Shown here one piece after another: positions 23,767 through 36,784 of a stretch of 64,000 bases of DNA. The DNA comes from Gekko japonicus (Eukaryota), in the NCBI RefSeq assembly GCF_001447785.1, contig NW_015161518.1, forward strand, positions 4,408 to 68,407, in the 5' to 3' direction. The position numbers were made by a program, and so were the translations under genes. A model generated the notes under the pieces. That model saw nothing but the letters and a program-made list of their open reading frames with translations. It searched no databases and had not been told where the DNA came from. How positions within the stretch are numbered: the stretch's first letter is position 1; every line of letters starts with the position of its first letter.

Positions 23767-24697
23767 CTATATCTCTACAAATAAATAAGAGCTAATTTTG
23801 CACCAAAATCAGGTAGCAAAAATTGTGTTTCTAACCGTAACTTTTTAATTATTATTTTTTTTTTAAAGGAAACACTACACCAGAATCAGTAAAGATGAGT
23901 GAGTCAATTATTCTAAGTCAAAGCTGAGTCACACCACTGCCAGTTATAATGATATTCACAAACCATAAGGTTATATATGTTGTAATCTTAACCCCCCCCA
24001 ATGATAAATACCCCGCTCTGCCCTTAGCTAATCAGTTAGTCAGAATTAATTAAAACACAAAAATCAATTAACTAAATTAAACCCCTCCCCCCATCACCTC
24101 TCTCACTTCAAACAATTAATTAGTGGGCTAAAAGTTTGATTACCCCTCCTCCCCGCACCTAATACCTATATTCGAGGTTAACTTATTGCATAAAAATTTT
24201 TAATTCCCCCCCTTCCCTTTTGATACCCCCCCTGCCACCCCCTAAAAGAACCTTAAGGACAAGAAAAAATAGAAAAGAAAAAAGAAAACCAGAAACAAAT
24301 AATTAAATAGTAGAAGTGAAATAGAGAAAACACCCCAAAATCACCTTAAACACTAGTCAACAAAGCAACACACCTGATTTTGGATCAGCAGCAATAGCAA
24401 CAATTATGTAAAAAACGCATAAAAACTTTAGATCCTTTGAATCCCCCTAAGAGCTTTTACAGGAGATTACTTTTACTTGCCTGAATTTAAAACCGTCCGC
24501 CTTGGTCCGCTGAAACCGTGGATCTCACAGGAGGACGTCCGCGCAACTATCAATCTAAATTGAGACTAGAGGCTTCCGTATCCCCCCCCCCCAGGTTAAG
24601 CTTTAATACCTTAATAAAACTAGATTAAGAAACACCCTCTTAACATTAAAACACATATCCTAGGCAAGAGAAGGCAGCTAATGCAGAGCCGGCTGAG

Positions 24698-25674
24698 TTA
24701 ATCAGCGATATCTTCAGACTCTGAGTCCTCTGGTATGCGCACTGACAGCTTGTTATTCACCGCAGAGGGTTCTGGGGATTGTAGTTTTCTCTTTTGCGAG
24801 CGCCGATAGTCTGCCTCATCTGATAAACGGAGCGCATACAACAAGTCCAATCCCAAATCTTCATCTCCGGCCAGGTACGTTGAACTGTTGAACGCCACAA
24901 AAAGTCTACCATTGGGGAGCCATTTGTATTTGATGTTGGCCTCCCTTAGTTTCGCTGTCACCCCTTTCAAAGTATATCTAATGCGCAAAGCCTCTTGAGG
25001 CACATCCAGAAATACAGAGACACTGACATTTTTAAATAATAAATGCTCATTAAGCCTAGCCATTTCTTGGATCTTCTTCTTCACATTCCAGTTAATAAAT
25101 TGAACTATAATGTCTCTAGAGCCCTCACATTTTAGTCTTTTGAGTGGACCAACCCTAAAAGCTTTTAGTATGATCGGAGCCATGTCGTGGGTAGCAGACA
25201 GAAGGGAGTTCAGCCATGAAGTCATAAACATAATTACGTCTATACCTTCCTCCGCTCCCTCAGAGATCCCATGAAATTTCAGGTTTAACGCCTTCACCTG
25301 AGTTTCAAGCGAGAGGATCCGCTCTTTAGATTGGTCCTCAGAGACATGCAAGGCTCTAACCTCCTCTCAAAGTGCTGTCCCTATCTTTAGTGCTGAGTCT
25401 GCTGTTTTTGCTGTTTTTTGCCAAGAGGCTTGAATCACATTTAGTTGTTCTTTTATCGACTGGATCACCTCTGTCATTTGGGCACGAAGCCTCGTCTCAA
25501 GGTTATCCAACCTTGCCTCAAGTAATTCCGATAGCGCAGTATCATCTGCCATTGCACCTTTCCCGATCGTTGCGCTTCTCGGGTCTGTTTCAGCTCTTTA
25601 AACGCACACGCTTTAGCAGGAGATTTGGACATGGTCTTCGAAGAATTAGCGGGTGTTCCGCCATTTCCCCCCAT
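24698..25674 (-). pseudogene. L1 ORF1 (coiled coil, RRM, CTD), frameshifted
   Basis: NLKFHGISEGAE, RDIIVQF and KLREANIKYKW are L1 ORF1p-like motifs. Heptad-rich N-terminal piece at 25367-25552. Confidence 0.85.
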
Positions 25675-26154
25675 AGCCTAAAGGTTTTTTTTAATGATGT
25701 AACACGTTAGAGGCACCTGAGGTGAGGAGGGAGACGGAGCAAAAGACTCAGGCAACCGCCATTGACCCTGGTGTAGCCACGCCCCCTTCTTGGTAGCTTT
25801 TAAAGGGCCATTTGTTCTTTTTTCCACTGGGGCTATTTTTCCCCTTGCACTGTGATCATGTGGTGAATTTGATGACATTATAGTGCAAAATATACATTGA
25901 GGTGTAGCAATATTAAAGCCAGCAGAAACAGAGAAGCCCTCAAACAAAGATAACCCCAGAACTGATAACACCCTTCAACATTACCTAATCTTTACAAAAA
26001 ATCCAAAGCAGAAAGAAAAATAAATAAATAAAACTAAACCAGGAAAAAAGCCTGTGTGTGGGGGGGGAAGCAGAAAAATATTCTAAACAAACAAAAACAA
26101 AGAGAGATTTTCCCTGTGTTGGACAAGAGGCTGAAGGGAAAAACAGCTACTCAG

Positions 26155-26622
26155 CTAGTGTTGCCAGATCCTGACTGGGAAATACCTGGAGATTTGGTGT
26201 GTGTGTGTGATTAGACAGGGTGGGGTTTGGGAGGTGAGGGATTTCAGTAAGGTATATTACCATAGAATAGGGCTGCTGGTCTCCGTGGGATCTGGGGAAT
26301 CCCCTGGGATTACAGCTCATCTCCAGACTATGGGGATCAATTCCCCTGGAGAAAATGGATGCTTTGGAGGGTAGACCCTGTGACATTGTGCCCCACTGAC
26401 GTCCCTGTCTTCCTCAGGCTTCATTCCAAATCTCTAGGAGCTTCCCAACCTGGATCTCGCAACCATACCCCACCATCCCTTGCTGATGACTGGGGGGACC
26501 TGGCAACCCTAGAGAGTCCCCCTTCCAAAGTGGTCATTTTCTCCAGGTGAACTGATCTCTATCACCTGGAGTTTGGTAATACCAGGAGATCTCCAGCCAT
26601 CACCTGGAGGATGGCAACCCTA
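26155..26622. mobile_element. Cluster of TAGGGTTGCC-type MITE units in both orientations
   Basis: TAGTGTTGCCAG start, repeated GGCAACCCTA ends, shared core with 3605-3845. Confidence 0.65.
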
Positions 26623-26934
26623 CATTCAGCTGTTCTGTCCCTGTTTGTGGGGAGTGCTGCTTCAGCATCCAATCACCTTTCAGAGAGGGGATGGAAAGTT
26701 GGAGGGAAGTATTCAGGTCTGCCTCCGGGAGAGTGAAGTGATGACATGGGTCTCCCTCAGCAAGAGATCAGTTTGAAGGGTAGCTCTGCCTGGTGGCGTG
26801 GCAGAGAGGTTTAACTCGACCTCTGGGAGAGGACACTGTAGTTCTGAGGCCTGGTACAAGCAGACTTTGCCCCATTTAGTCTGACTCTTGGGAAAGGGCA
26901 GGCTGGTGTGGGTTGGAATCCTGGGTGTCCTGGG

Positions 26935-27580
26935 TATCTTCACTCTTGTCTTCCCAACACGCTGTTTCAGTTGGAGTCTTACTAATGAAACACCATCCCT
27001 CTCGCGATCGTTCGCTACTGTTTCGAGATCTTAGGTCACCATTTATTTATCACTGGCCACAGGAATGTTAAACAAAGTTATTTTTCTCAGTTTTAAAGCG
27101 CTCAAAGAAAGTTCTATTTTCCGAAAATGGTTCGAAGAGTTTTAAAAGTCTTGCCTGCGCTCAACCGCTTACTTCAAAAAAAAATTTCAACTTGATTCCG
27201 GTGAGCTAAACGATTTTGTTACCTTGCATGTTTATCGTGGGTTCTGCATTGCTTCTTCGAACATCAAATTTTCCCCTTTGTTTCAAGAAATCGGGTAACG
27301 GCGAGTTTATGCTGGTAATCCAGCTAGATCGGCTTCTGAAGTGCTGGTTCGCATACACCCGCTACACGGAAGGAGATCAAAGCGTGACACAAGCCTCTTC
27401 CGAGGCTTGATCACGCCGATCTCAACTCCCCCTTGGGCATTTCTGCTTGCTTGTCAGACCCCCTGCCTGGGGGTTGCTGTGTTGGGCTGAAATAAGCCCA
27501 AACTGTCAGAAGAAGCCGTCACCCACCACCCGCGCTTGCAGGATGTGTTAATCCACCATTTCGCCCGACCGGAAGCCCAC
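26935..27580 (-). mobile_element. Probable isolated L1-type 5'UTR (CpG-rich)
   Basis: Minus strand starts GTGGGCTTCCGGTCGGGCGAAATGGTGG, an ETS/YY1-like L1 leader. CpG-rich. No ORF1 or ORF2 follows. Confidence 0.45.
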
Positions 27581-27644
27581 CAATTCAAATCACACTCTGA
27601 AGACACAGCTAGCCTAAATGAACGTGCCTCAGCCAGGCTTCTCC

Positions 27645-27950
27645 TTTATTTATTTATTTATTTATAAATTAAATTTAAGAATCGCCCAATCTATGAGTTC
27701 ACAGGGCTCTGGGTGATGTACAATGGTAAATAAAATACAATATAGAAATCATTAAGTTACAATAATAGACCATTCAGTACAATCTTAAAAACAGTTCCAG
27801 ATGGCGTCCATAGATCAAATTTTTAGCCAGTTCTGGACTCTGTTGTCGCCTTGCAGGCTAGGTAGGGAGGAAGTTGAAGAAAGATGGAATAAAAGAGGGG
27901 GGTGCCAGCCATGACAGAGCCTGTCGTTGTCCTCAACCAAAATCCTGTGC
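27645..27950 (-). mobile_element. L2 LINE 3' end fragment
   Basis: (TTTA)n tail with the adjacent AATCGCCC...GGGCTCTGGGTG stem typical of lizard L2 ends. Confidence 0.55.
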
Positions 27951-28705
27951 TGATGATCTGTAAATAAATAAATCTTTAAAAATATTTACATACAACTCCT
28001 GCCTCAGTGGTCTCTGTGTTCTTCTTGATCACTACGAAATTTACCTCATAGCAGCATAGCCAAAGTGTTTACACTGGCTACCCTAAGAACATCTTGTAAC
28101 TGAGGGGAAGGTGTACAGTTCAAAACAAATCTGGTTTCCCAAAATCATCAGGCTGTGTGGGTCCCCTCAGATGACAGAAAGGGCCTATTGCACCCCCTAA
28201 CACAGAAACTTTATCAAGGAAATAAAACACTAAATGCCAAACCAGTAATTTAAAAATCCCTCCCACAACTCGAAATCCCCAGGACTAAAACATAATAAAT
28301 AAATTTTAAAAGTCTTTCCACAGTAAAACAGCCCTGAAGAGGCTCCCATGTTGTCTCAGGACAGTGCAGCAGTAAGAGGCAGGCATATTCTTCTCCCATT
28401 ATACAGAAGTTCCAGCAAGGCTGGAAGAAAGGAAAATGGCTGGCTCTGGCTTAGCCAGGCATGGCCTGACAGGCAGCGGCAGATGGGGGAGGCAAGGAAT
28501 TCCATTTGGTGGGAGTGCAGTTGATGTCCATGGCATGATGACATCACTTCCAGTGTAACTAGGAAGTGATGTCATTGCACCCCAGGGGGTAATGCTCTAG
28601 CATTCTTTCAAAACTCTAGCTTCCTGTGGGAAGCTGGCAATCCTAGGCCTTATTCTGACATAAAGTATGTCCATTACAGCCAATGTATTTGAGGTGTTCT
28701 AGAAA

Positions 28706-29902
28706 GAGGAGGAGGAGGAGATTGGACTCGTACCCCACCCTTCACTACCTGAAGGAGTCTCAACAGCTTACAATCCCTTTTCCTTCCTTTCCTCACAACA
28801 GACACCCTGTGAGGTAGGTGGTTTGAGAGAACTCACTCGATGTTGATGAGGATGAGCTGACAGAGCCTGCAGAAACCACAGCTGGCCCCTCTGAAGCAGT
28901 AGAGGAGGATAGCTGGCAAGTGCCTGCAAGAGCAGTCATCACACCTGGCTCAGATAAGAAGGAAGAACTGCAAGCTGAAAGTCCTCCTGACTCACCCCCA
29001 CATGTGACTCGTTTAAGGGAGTGACTGTGGCAAAACTTAGCAACCAGGCGGAGAGAGGCCAGGCTACAGGGGAGACGCTCTGTTAGCCCAGAGTTCTAGC
29101 AGGAGCCTGGGCGATCATGCAGCTGGCTAATTGGTAGCAGCATTTAAGTCCACACTCTGGGTAGTACTCTTCGTGGAAGCAGCAAGTCAGCTTTGTGCAG
29201 CTAGCATCCACACCGGCTCAGCTCTTGTACCTAGACCTTCAGACCCCCTGGCTTTGGACTACGCTTCTGGTTAGTGATTTTGGACATGGCTCTGTGTTTC
29301 TGGCTCCTGACCCTGGCTTGGCTTTGGACCTTGCACTGTTTTTTGGCTCCTGACCTTGGCCTGTTCTGGACTCCCTTGTTGCACAGTGCATCTGGGACAC
29401 CCTTTCAGCAACTCCAGCCACCAGGACTTTTCCAGACACTTCAGCACTCCAGCGCTCATCAGCATTCACTGCAGTGGAGGTTCTATATAGCACCACACTA
29501 ACGCAGTCCAGTGGTATACTATATACAGATTTATTTCTAATATTTACACTCCACCAACAAAGCGCTCCGCCATACACCATGAGATTAAGAAGAAGGATAC
29601 AGAGCTATAACATATCCACATATATACAGATTACAACCAATCAACTTCATGCTGAGTCATGATGACTGAACTTCAGTTCCAGTCAGAACTGGTTGGTACT
29701 TGTTACTACAGCTTATCAGCTGTCACTTTGATGAGCTGAGTGCTGAAGATTAACTGTCAACATCCCTCAGCCCTTGAGAGAACAGCTCTGAAAGAATTTA
29801 TGACTGACCCAAGGTCACACCAGCAGCTGCATGCGAAGGAGTGCGGAATCAAACCCTGTTCTCCCAAATTAGAGTCCACATTTAGCCACTACATCAAACT
29901 GG
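28706..29902 (-). mobile_element. Squam3-like SINE split by an LTR-like insertion (SINE parts 28706-28840 and 29763-29902)
   Basis: The two halves are collinear with 15331-15580. Confidence 0.8.
28841..29762. mobile_element. Solo or composite LTR insertion
   Basis: Inverted termini TGTTGA...TCAACA. The first ~560 bp resemble lizard Gypsy LTRs (repeated TGACCCTGGCTTGGCTTTGGAC, ending GGGACA at 29399). No clear TSD. Confidence 0.6.
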
Positions 29903-29974
29903 ACATTCTTTAAAGTAAGTGACTATTCTTTTCTTTTTCTTTTTACTATTTTCGTGAGTATTTTGTGTGTGTAT

Positions 29975-30178
29975 GTGCTTGTGAGCCTGGAAGTCATGGT
30001 GACTTCTGGCAACCCATAATGGGGCTAGGATGTTTCAGAGGTGGCTTAATAATCTGGCTCTGCTTCCTGGCCCTGGTATTCCTTTGAAGTCTTCCTTCCA
30101 AGTACTTGCCAAAGTTGGCCCTGCTTAGCTTCCGAGATATGATGAGATTGGGCTTGCCTTGGCTACCCAGGGTAGGGC
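29975..30178 (-). mobile_element. 5S rRNA-derived SINE
   Basis: Minus strand CCCAATCTCATCATATCTCGGAAGCTAAGCAGGG...AGTACTTGGAAGGAAGAC matches the 5S rRNA A/IE/C region, followed by a non-5S tail. Confidence 0.75.
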
Positions 30179-30910
30179 AGGACTATTGTCTTCTTAAAAG
30201 GATGTCCATTCTGTCACCATCCCCATTCAACATTCACTTGCCAGCTTTGCTCTCCAGAGCATTCCTGTGCATAACAGCTGCATAAGAGGTGAAAATCAGC
30301 TGGGGAGAGCCCCCCTCCTTTCTGAATGTTCATGCCATGAATAACCTATCTGTCATTAAAAGCAAAATAGCCTGTCAGGTATGAAACCAGTAACTCTCAC
30401 ACCGTGTTACCAAGCTGGATTTTTCTAAAATGAAGTAGTAAGTAAAGCTGGTATGATCTGAAATATGGGATAGTCCCTCAAAATATGGCATTCTCCATAT
30501 ATTAAAGGATTTCTGTCAGCCTACTAGTCTCCTTTTCCTTCACTGGGGTAGCCATCTTTAGAACCAGTCCTGGCTTCATTTGCTTAGCTCCCTGCTGTGG
30601 CAAACTTCCCTTGCTGATTGCTGGTCACTTGGCATTCCAACAGTTACTAGTGCAAAAGTTTTTAAGTCCAGCCAAGTTTCAGAGCACATGTTCTAAGCTA
30701 CTCCATCTCTCCCCTCCCCATAACTATTTCCTGAAAAGGAATGTAGGAGGAGAAAAAAGGGATTGCGTGAGTTCACCAAAACACACAGGAATTTCCCTAA
30801 CTAGGCAGCCAGTGATGATCCCAGGAAACGGTTCCCCTTAAATAGTTAAATGGCTGCCTCTCAGCTCACACAATGTCACATTGAATTTGAAACAGGGAAC
30901 TTTTTATATC

Positions 30911-31042
30911 NNNNNNNNNNNNNNNNNNNNNNNNNNNNNNNNNNNNNNNNNNNNNNNNNNNNNNNNNNNNNNNNNNNNNNNNNNNNNNNNNNNNNNNNNN
31001 NNNNNNNNNNNNNNNNNNNNNNNNNNNNNNNNNNNNNNNNNN
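30911..31042. other. Assembly gap
   Basis: Run of N. Confidence 1.
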
Positions 31043-31476
31043 GCACAGCTCTGCACCCAACTTTGAAATAACTAATACGAGTATTTCAGAGCACAAGGGT
31101 TACCGCGGGGCACATCTGAACATGAGAGGCGGGAAACAATTGCTTTGCTTGTCTCTCAAGATCGCGCCCCCCCCCCTTTCTCAAAAAAGCATTTCGGTTC
31201 GTTCTCTATTGTGGGGTTGCCAGATCAACTTTTCAGAAATAAGGGCACTGTGGAGCTGGTATGGATCTGGTCTTTGGTGTTCTAAATACAGAAGCCCTAG
31301 AAATCAGTCAGTCAAGTTGCCTGGTGAATTCTGGATAGGCTGGTCAAATGACAACCCTCTGGAAAGGCATTAACAAGTAAGCGTTCCCAGGCACCTGCAT
31401 TCATCTCCCTAGTAACTTGCAAGGCTTCTCCCAGGGGCTCGTGAATTTCCTCTACACCTGCTGAAAACTTTGTGAA

Positions 31477-32190
31477 GAGTACTGTGTTCAGTTTTGGGTA
31501 CCACAATTTAAGAAGGGTATAGGCAACCTGGAACATGTGCGGAGGAGGGCAACGAAGATGGTGAGGGGTCTGGAGACCAAGTCCTATGAGGAAAGGTTGC
31601 AGGAGCTGGGTATGTTTAGCTTAGAGAGGAGACAACTGAAAGGTGATATAACCATCTTCAAGTGCTTGAAGGGCTGTCATGGATGGTGTGGATTTGCTTT
31701 CTGTTGCCCCAGAAGGTCGGACCAGAACCAATGGGTTGAAATTAAGTTGAAAGAGTTTCCAGCTAAACATTAGGAAGAGTCCTGACAGTTGGAGTGGTTT
31801 CTCAGTGAAACAGGCTTCCTTGGGAGGTGGTGGGCTCTCCTTCTTTGGAGGTTTTTAAACAGAGGCTAGATGGCCATCTGACAGCAATGCTGATTTTTCG
31901 AACTTAGGTAGATCATGAGAGGGAGGGCAGGAAGGGTTGCCTCAGTGCTTAGTTCTTGTGGGCCTTTCTTACATGGCCAGGGAAATACTGATCTCCACTT
32001 TGGGATAAGGAAGCAATTCTTCTCCAGGCCAGTCTGGCTGGAGATCCTGGAGGGTTTTTGTGATCTTCTGGGTGGGGAACAGGGGTCACTGGGTGTGTGT
32101 GGGGAGGTATTTATGAATGTCCTGCATTGTGCAGGGGGTTGGACTAGATGACCCTGGAGATCCCTTCCAACTCTATGACTCTGTGATTCT
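31477..32190 (+). mobile_element. 5'-truncated CR1 LINE (second family)
   Basis: [30 protein letters not shown] and a terminal CCCTTCCAACTCTATGACTCTGTGATTCT octamer tail. Confidence 0.9.
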
Positions 32191-32670
32191 AAGAAAAGAT
32201 GATGAGGCTTCTTGGTTCAACTAGGTTCAGTGCAAGATTGTGATAAATTTTGGTTCTAAATCCCTTCCATCTATTCACAGAAGTTGAAACCCAGAGATAT
32301 TCTGGGTCCTTTTAAAACTACCCATTGGACAGGACTCGAGAACACCCTTGGACCAGTCCTTTTGGAGCCATCCCCCTCTACCTCTTGGGTAGTTAGATTC
32401 TTAGTTGTGACTTACGAAGCTGGTCAGGCTTGGCTTTGCTTCTTTGGGGATACCAGTGGTCCCCCAGGACAGCAGCCCACCAGGAGATTTCCTGGTAAGT
32501 TAAATGGCCAGTCCTTCCCTGGGTGTAGAATGGTGATACTTGCAAAAAGTCCTGGTAATTGTATGGGAATATGAACTTCTATTTTTATGAGAATAGTTTG
32601 ATATTGATAAGGCAGAGATCAAGAGGTCATCCTCAACAACTGACATTCAAAAGTTACAGCAGGGTTTGAG

Positions 32671-32980
32671 AGGTAAAGGTTTCCCTTGCTCGAGACCCAG
32701 TAGAATCCATTTCCAAGCCAAAGAGCCAGTGCTGTCCGAAGACGCTTCCGTGGTCATGTGGCTGGCATGACTGAACACCAAGGCACATGGAATGCTGTTA
32801 CCTTCCCACCAAAGCGGTATCTATTTATCTACTTGCAATTTCTTGCTTTTGAACTGCCAGGTTGGCAGGAGTTCAGGCCAGAGACAGGAGTTCACTCCAA
32901 TGTGTGGCACTAGTGTCTCGAACTGCTGAACTACTGACCTTCTGGTCTGCAGCTTAGCGCCTTAACCTCTGAGCCACCAC
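32671..32980 (-). mobile_element. Sauria SINE
   Basis: Reverse complement of 58914-59255, including the ACCTTT tail. Confidence 0.85.
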
Positions 32981-33399
32981 TATTTAGACAAAAGCTAAAA
33001 TTCGAACACTGAACCTTTGCTGTGGACTACAAATGAAGCAAGCATACCCAGTCAGCTACGAGTTGCATGCATGCATCCATACTGTCAATGACCGTGGGTT
33101 TTTTTAGGACAAGGAGCCATCTACTGACACAAGAGCTCTTCCCTGTTTTCAGGTAGACTCCTTGCAAGGGTGGAAAGAAATGCTGTAAATGGGATGGATC
33201 CATTTATGCATTGCACAAATAGAAGTGTGTTAAATTGCTTGCTACTCAAGTCACCCACCAAATCTAGGTCATCCGATGAATGAAAAATTGCAAAAAGTGT
33301 TATTTTATAGAAAGTATGACCCTTACAGAATAGTGGTCTGTTCATATGAACTGGAAAAGTATAAAAACCTTTAAGGTTTGAACAAATAAAACAAAAATA

Positions 33400-33593
33400 T
33401 TGGTGTGACCTTGGGTCAGTTACAAGTTCTTTCAGAGCTGTTCTCTCAAGGGCAGTTCTCAAGAGAGCTCTCTCAGCCCCACCTACCTCACAGGGTGTCT
33501 GTTGTGGGGAGGGGAAGGGAAAAGGATTGTAAGCCGCTCTGAGACTCCTTCGGGTAGTGAAAGGCGGGGTATAAATCCAGTCTCCTCCTCCTT
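33400..33593 (+). mobile_element. Squam3-like SINE, 3' part
   Basis: Matches 18275-18460. Confidence 0.85.
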
Positions 33594-35694
33594 CGGGGAC
33601 GTAGCTTACTCCCAGCCATCAGCGGCATGGGAGAGGACTAGGATCCCCTCCTGGCACAGCAGTGCTGCTGCCCTGGTCCAAGCCTGGGATTAAATGTGAT
33701 TGCTGGCAGGATGGGCCCAAGAGAGGACACCTATTCATTGCTTGATGAAACAACATTCCTTGAACTGGCTCTGGTCATACCACACATATCGCAAAGATTA
33801 GTATTGCAACTAAATGAAGCATGTGCATGTGGTGCAGTAGTGTGTTAGAGTAATTTAAACTTGATTTAATTGTTTTTTTACACTGTTAACAGCCATGCTG
33901 CTTTGATACCCTCTTCCTGCTCCCTTCCCACCAGGGACTACGCTTTACATGGTGGCCGTATTTGGCAGTGGTGGCTGTTCTCATTGGTACTGCTGGCTTG
34001 TGATAATTATTTACTAAAATGAGGTTTCCTAGTCACCTTTCACCTGAACAAAGTTTGAGTCCAGGGGCACCTTTCAGACCAGCAAAGTTTTATTCAAAAC
34101 TTTTTTATTCAAAAATTGTGAGGCTTTTGTGTGCTAAGCACGCTTCTTCACGTGTAGAATTATTTAGAACAATTCGGTCTTTGACAGCTCTGCCCCATGG
34201 CAGACAAAACAGTAGGGAATTGGATATTGGATGTGAGGCTTTTGCGAGCTATTTCGCAGATAAAGTCTTGATGCTCCGCCGTGGCCTCCCTGCCACAATT
34301 GAAACAGTGAGCGAACTTGAGGCCCCTTGCGCGCCTTTGCAGGGTTTAGAATGTTTTGACCCACTCAGTCTGGAGGAAGTTGACAGACTGCTCATATCTG
34401 TGTGCCCAACCACGTGCCGTCTTGATCTGTGCCCCTTCCTGGCTCATTAAAGCGGGTCATGAGGGGTTTCGAGGTGCCGTAAGGGACCAACAAGTCCCTC
34501 CTGGAGGGACGGTTCCCTGAGGCACTCAAGGAGGCAATGGTCTGTCCTCTCCTGAAAAAACCAACTCTGGCTGGAGTCCAATTTGCCCTATTTGGGCAAA
34601 TTGATTGAGAGGGCGGTGGTGACACAGCTTCAGAGCTTTCTGGATGACGCTTCTGTCCTGGATCCATTCCAGTCCGGCTTTCGTCCAGGTCATGGGACGG
34701 AGACAGTGCTGGTCGCCCTGACTGATGACCTTCAGAGGCGTCTGGATCGAGGCGGTGTGGCGGCACTGTTATTGTTAGATTTGTTGGCCGCGTTTGACAC
34801 AGTCGACCACCAGTTGCTGACCCACCGCCTCGCCAACGTGGGGATACAGGGGCTCGCTCTTCAATGGCTTGCCTCTTTTCTCCAAGGTTGGGGACAGAGG
34901 GTGGCAATAGGGGAACAGCAGTCCCGGAGGCACGCACTTGAATGTGGTGTGCCTCAGGGGGCAGTGCTTTCCCCAATGTTGTTTAACATCTAAATGCGCC
35001 CCCTCGCCCAGATTGCCAGGAGGTTTGGGCTGGGTTGCCATCAATATGCTGATGACACCCAGCTCTATCTGATGTTGGGCGGCCGGTCGGGCTCCAACCC
35101 AGAAGACCTGAACCGGGCACTACAGGCCGTGGCTGGGTGGCTCAGGCTGAGCCGGCTGAAACTAAACCCAGCGAAGATGGAGGTCCTGTGCCTGAGTCGG
35201 AGTGGACCGGGGTTGGGGCTCTCTCTCCCGACCTTCGATGGGGCGCCGTTGGTGCCAGCATCGGAGGTTAGGAGTTTGGGAGGGCTCCTGGACCCCCCTC
35301 CTTAACTATGGAGGCCCAGGTGGCAGCCACTGCTGGATCGACATTTTATCATCTTAGGCTGATTTGGTGGTTGGTTCCCTTCCTCGGCTGCGATGACCTG
35401 GCTACAGTGATCCATGCGATGGTCACCTCAAGGTTAGACTACTGTAACGCTCTCTACATGGGGCTGCCTTGGGGGCAGATCCAGAAGCTGCAGCTAGTGC
35501 AGAATGCGGCGGCCAGGCTGATGATGGGCCTTCCCAAGTGGGAGCACATCCAGCCTGGATTGAAAGCACTGCACTGCCTGCCAATAGCATACCGAATCCA
35601 CTTCAAAGTGCTGGTACTTACCTTTAAAGCCCTACATGGCCAGGGTCCGACTTACCTGAGGGACCGCCTTTCCCCACATATACCCCCAAGAGTC

Positions 35695-36652
35695 AAAGAT
35701 GGGCAAGTGGGCGTCAACATGGCAAATGGGGTTCAATGTGGCCAAGTGCAAGGTGATGCACATTGGAGCCAAAAATCCTAACTATAAATACACGTTGATG
35801 GGGTCTGAACTGGCAGAGACAGATCAAGAGAGAGATCTTGGAGTTGTAGTAGATAACTCACTGAAAATGTCGAGACAGTGTGTGACTGCAATAAAGAAGG
35901 CCAATGCTATGCTGGGGATTATTAGGAAGGGTATTGTAAACAGATCAGCCAATATCATAATGCCGCTATATAAATCAATGGTGCGACCTCATCTGGAATA
36001 CTGTGTGCAATTCTGGTCACCACACCTTAAAAAGGATATTATAGCTTTGGAAAAAGTGCAGAAAAGAGCAACTTGAATGATAAAAGGGTTGGAACACTTT
36101 CCATATGAGGAACGGTTAAGGCGCTTAGGGCTCTTTAGCTTGGAGAAACGACGACTGAGGGGTGACATGATTGAGGTTTATAAGATTATGCATGGGAAAG
36201 AGCAGGTAGAGAAAGAGGTACTTTTCTCCCTTTCTCACAATACAAGAACCCGTGGGCACTCCATGAAATTGCTGAGCGGTCGGGTTAGAACAGATAAAAG
36301 GAAGTACTTCTTCACCCAAAGAGGGATTAACACTTGGAATTCACTGCCACAGGAAATAGTGGCAGCTACAAGCATGGACGGCTTCAAAAGGGAATTAGAT
36401 AAGCATATGGAGCAGAGGTCCATCAGTGGCTATTAGCCACAAGGTATAGATAGGGACTCTGGGGCAAGTGATGCTCTGTCATCTTGGTGCTTGGGGGGGG
36501 GTCAACAGTGGGAGGGCTTCTAATGTCCTGGCCCCACTGGTGGACCTCCTGATGGCACTGGTATTTCTGGCCACTGTGGGATACAGAGTGTTGGACTGGA
36601 TGGCCCTTTGGCCTGATCCAACATTGGCATCTCTTATGTTCTTATGTTCTTA
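35695..36652 (+). mobile_element. 5'-truncated CR1 LINE inserted in L2
   Basis: WQMGFNVAKCKVMH...VRPHLEYCVQFW and a (TTCTTATG)n tail. Short GAGT duplication. Very similar to ~54270-55226. Confidence 0.95.
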
Positions 36653-36658
36653 TGAGTA

Positions 36659-36756
36659 CTTCTGTCCGGGGCACAACATTGCCTGGTGGTTCCAGGCCCC
36701 CGGGAGGTTCTGTACGGGGCACAACATTGCCTGGTGGTTCCAGGCCCCCGGGAGGT
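36659..36756 (+). repeat. ~48-bp tandem duplication within L2
   Basis: TTCTGT(C/A)CGGGGCACAACATTGCCTGGTGGTTCCAGGCCCCCGGGAGG occurs twice. Confidence 0.9.
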
Positions 36757-36784
36757 AAGTCTCGCTGTGACTAAGGCCAGATCC

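Larger units (their letters stand above)
19661..25786 (-). mobile_element. Full-length L1-clade LINE (decayed)
   Basis: 5' GGGGGCGTGGC start, ORF1, ~930-bp inter-ORF, ORF2 with EN, RT and CCHC, AATAAA and an A-rich tail. TSD TTCTTGGTAGCTTTTT at ~19650-19665 and 25787-25802, at a canonical TT/AAAA site. Confidence 0.95.

Noticed and set aside
29975-30178. 5S rRNA gene
   Set aside because: Divergent, partial and fused to a SINE tail, so it is a 5S-derived SINE.
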